From Squalus acanthias (Eukaryota), in assembly GCA_030390025.1 (NCBI GenBank), contig CM059425.1, positions 167,650,001 through 167,714,000 on the forward strand: DNA of 64,000 nt. The letters are read 5' to 3'. The position numbers were made by a program, and so were the translations under genes. The notes beneath the pieces were generated by a model, which worked only from the letters and a program-made list of their open reading frames with translations, ran no database searches and had not been told where the DNA came from. Shown one piece after another: positions 61,496-64,000 of the stretch; within the stretch, counting starts at the first letter, position 1, and every line of letters begins with the position of its first letter.

Positions 61496-62378
61496 GGGGG
61501 AAAAGTTCAGTTGGTTGCGCCTCCCGTTAGCGCCTAAGAGGGCGCTAATGGGGCGCAAAGCAACTAGCGCCCGGGCGCGGCGATGTTTGCGCCGCTCGCG
61601 AAATTAACTAGACATTTTGCAGCGGTGCTAAACAGTACCGCCACGATCTCCTGCGCCGGCAGATCGTGACGTCAGTCGAGTGCGCAACGCCCCGGTAGCG
61701 CCCCGGAGCGGATATTGAGTGGTGCCCCCTGCCTTACCGCCTACCACTAGCAACGACAGGTTGAGGGGAGCGTTTTGCAGTCAGGAAGGGGCTGGGGGAG
61801 CACTATTTAAAGGCGACCGCTTCCTGCCTTTTTTTGTTGGTGACATTTTTGAACCACGCATTCTGAGAGAGAGAGAGACTTCTGGAGAGATTCAATGTGA
61901 AGGAGTTTTGGGTACTGAGCAGCACTTTGCAGGTTCATTTTGATTTGTCCTTCCTTGTATCGATTTAGAAGAGACTGTGGGGGCTGCACTCTGAGCTCTT
62001 TCATTGGTTCTCTCCATTGTTCTTTCCAGCAGATTTGATGTACAGGTCTCTCCAGGCCGAGATTCAAGGCTGCAATGAGCAGGATGTGGATGGAAAACAA
62101 GATCAACCCTCCCCTTTAAGAACTGGCCGGCGTCATTGTGTCTGTGTTCCATTGCTGACTGACATCACATGAGCTTCGCCAGCGCTCTGAGTTAGCGCCT
62201 CGCTCCTCGGCCTTTGCGCCTTAAGACAGATGTGTAGTGCCTGATTTAACACTCCAATCACCTTCAGGGGCGATAAAAGTCAAGTTTGCAGTTGGAGGCG
62301 ATAATTAGCAGCAGGCGCTAATCTTTGCACCCGGCCGATAATTGCGCCCCAAATGGGGCGATACTGAATTTCTCCCCC
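61496..62378. mobile_element. GC-rich Harbinger-type MITE (copy 5, distinct interior) inside a CR1 fragment
   Basis: GGGGGAAAAGTTCAG / CTGAATTTCTCCCCC; the CR1 fragment resumes TAAATGGGGTAG. Confidence 0.8.
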
Positions 62379-62589
62379 TAAATGGGGTAGATGAGCAAAG
62401 GGATCTACAGATACACAAATCACTAAAAGTAGCGATGCAGGTAAATAAGGCCATTAAAAAAAACAAGGACTGGAGTTTATTTCTAGAGAGATAGAATTGA
62501 AAAGCAGGGAAGTCATGGAAGGTAAGGTGTGGGACAAATGTTGAAAGGGGAATTGGGGTTGTGTTCATGGTACCGCAGACAGATGATTC

Positions 62590-63270
62590 AATCCCGAATA
62601 TTCCAGCCAGAAAGGGGCTGTCTGGGTTACCTCCTTCTTTCTGCTTCCTCCTCTTCTGCTTCCTCCTCTTCTGCTTCCTTCTCTTTTGCTTCTTCCTCTT
62701 CCTCCTCCTCCTCCTCTCTCTGCGAGCAGCTTGTTCCCTTTGCTGCCTCATTTCCATTTCCACGTCATGCTGCAGACCAAGGGTGACTGCAACTAGAGCC
62801 CCCAGGACTGGGAGCAAGTGGTGTTCTCAGAGGCCTTCCTTTAAGAGCCAAAGCCTTGCAAGCATCCAGCAGCAATCTCTGCACACTTTAACAACTTTTT
62901 AAATGTATTGCACCAAGCCACTACTCCAATAAAATGTAAATAAACCAGTACAAAAGAAAAAATCTAAACTTACCTGAAAGTTGCGTGTGCCCCTTTAAGA
63001 AGGGCTGGTATGGGGTCCGTCGTACTGTTGCACGTACGGCAACGTCCAAAATACCAGATCGTGCATCAATTCAGCGTTGCATACCAATTGACATCACGAT
63101 CTGACTCATCTAAATGTCTGGAGCAAGCGCAGGCAACGGCATCGCTGCTGACCTGCCCAAAATGCTGGCCGCCGCATTCCGCACCGGAAGTGGGTAGAAG
63201 GATGGCGGCCATCATTTTTTCTTCCAAATTGGCCTTAATGGCCAACGCGAACAGACCGAATTTCACGGCC
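62590..63270 (-). mobile_element. Harbinger terminus with probable Arg/Lys-rich transposase N-terminus
   Basis: 63030-63270 is homologous to 51130-51370; LGALVAVTLGLQHD..RRRR followed by a simple-repeat expansion. Confidence 0.6.
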
Positions 63271-63637
63271 ATGGGGTCAGCTTCCACATCGTCTTTGGCG
63301 CCGCCACAAACAGGAGCTGCCATTTGCTCCAAGATACTCTGCATTGTAGAGAGGCCCTCTCTCTGATCGAGCCAAAAAAAGCTCAGCTGCCATCCGTACC
63401 ATTTGTCGCACATGTTTGGGAAAGTCTTTGCAGGGCATTCATATTGACCTAAAGTGTGAGGTGATGCATTTTGGCAGAAGGAACAGGGAGAGGCAATATA
63501 CACTTAATGGCACAGTTTTAAAGAGTGTGCAGGGACAGAGGGACCTGGGAGATAATGTGCATAGGTCCCTGAAGGTGGTGGGACATATTGAGAGAGTGGT
63601 TAGCAAAGCATATGGGATCTTGGGCTTCATAAATAGA

Positions 63638-63853
63638 AGCCATGATGTGGAGATGCTGGTGTTGGACTGGGGTGGACAAATGTGAGAAGTCGCACAACAC
63701 CAGGTTATAGTCCAACAGCTTTATTTGAAATCACAAGCTTTCGGAGCGCTGCTCCTTCGTCAGACTTCACCTGACGAAGGAGCAGCGCTCCGAAAGCTTG
63801 TGATTTCAAATAAAGCTGTTGGACTATAACCTGGTGTTGTGCGACTTCTCACA
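63638..63853 (-). mobile_element. Non-coding palindromic PLE A mini-element (same junction as 22852-23059)
   Basis: 85-bp arms 63679-63763 and 63771-63855, spacer ACTTCAC, 41-nt tail; TSD TTCATAAATAGA (63626-63637, 63854-63865). Confidence 0.95.
63767..63803 (+). ncRNA. Minimal hammerhead ribozyme motif (complete copy in mini-element)
   Basis: UCAC-CUGACGA-A-GGAGC(AGC)GCUCC-GAAA-GC-UU-GUGA. Confidence 0.85.
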
Positions 63854-64000
63854 TTCATAAATAGAGGTATTGAGTACAAAAGTAGAGATGTCATGCTGAA
63901 CATTTATAAAGTGCTAGTTAGGCCACAACTGGAGTATTGCGTCCAGTTCTGGTCACCACACTTTAGGAAGGATGTGAAGGCCCTTGAGAGGGTGCAGAGG

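Larger units (their letters stand above)
63448..64000 (+). mobile_element. CR1 ORF2 fragment, interrupted by a PLE mini-element; runs off the window
   Basis: KCEVMHFG...AYGILGFINR|GIEYKS...LVRPQLEYCVQFWSP. Confidence 0.92.

Noticed and set aside
62305..62817. Lys/Arg-rich ORF as a protamine-like gene
   Set aside because: It is a simple-repeat expansion inside a Harbinger end, running into unrelated repeats.
1..64000. Host protein-coding exons among the many short ORFs
   Set aside because: Most are antisense or alternate frames of repeats and none of the rest shows a recognisable domain; small exons cannot be excluded by eye.

Overview
Eukaryotic, repeat-saturated window with no host exon I can support. 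The repeat content (HE1-type V-SINEs, Deu-domain SINE, esterase-ORF1 CR1 LINEs) points to a cartilaginous fish (shark); this is inferred. Most long ORFs are CR1 LINE ORF2/ORF1 pieces, nested up to four levels deep. There are also PIF/Harbinger elements (transposase remnants, two spliced Myb/SANT-like genes, several MITE families) and one 1.28-kb solo LTR. The most informative structure is a Penelope-like retroelement (PLE; RT + Cys linker + GIY-YIG, Neptune-type) system with six TSD-flanked insertions. All six share a ~125-nt terminal module containing a minimal hammerhead ribozyme motif. Five are tail-out palindromes (arms ~80 bp to 1.6 kb) with a 34-45-nt unpaired tail. Two ~210-bp non-coding copies 41 kb apart share an identical fold-back junction, suggesting a non-autonomous palindromic hammerhead mini-element. 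A second, older PLE family with its own hammerhead motif is also present. Boundaries of old repeats are approximate. Family names come from motif recognition, not database searches.
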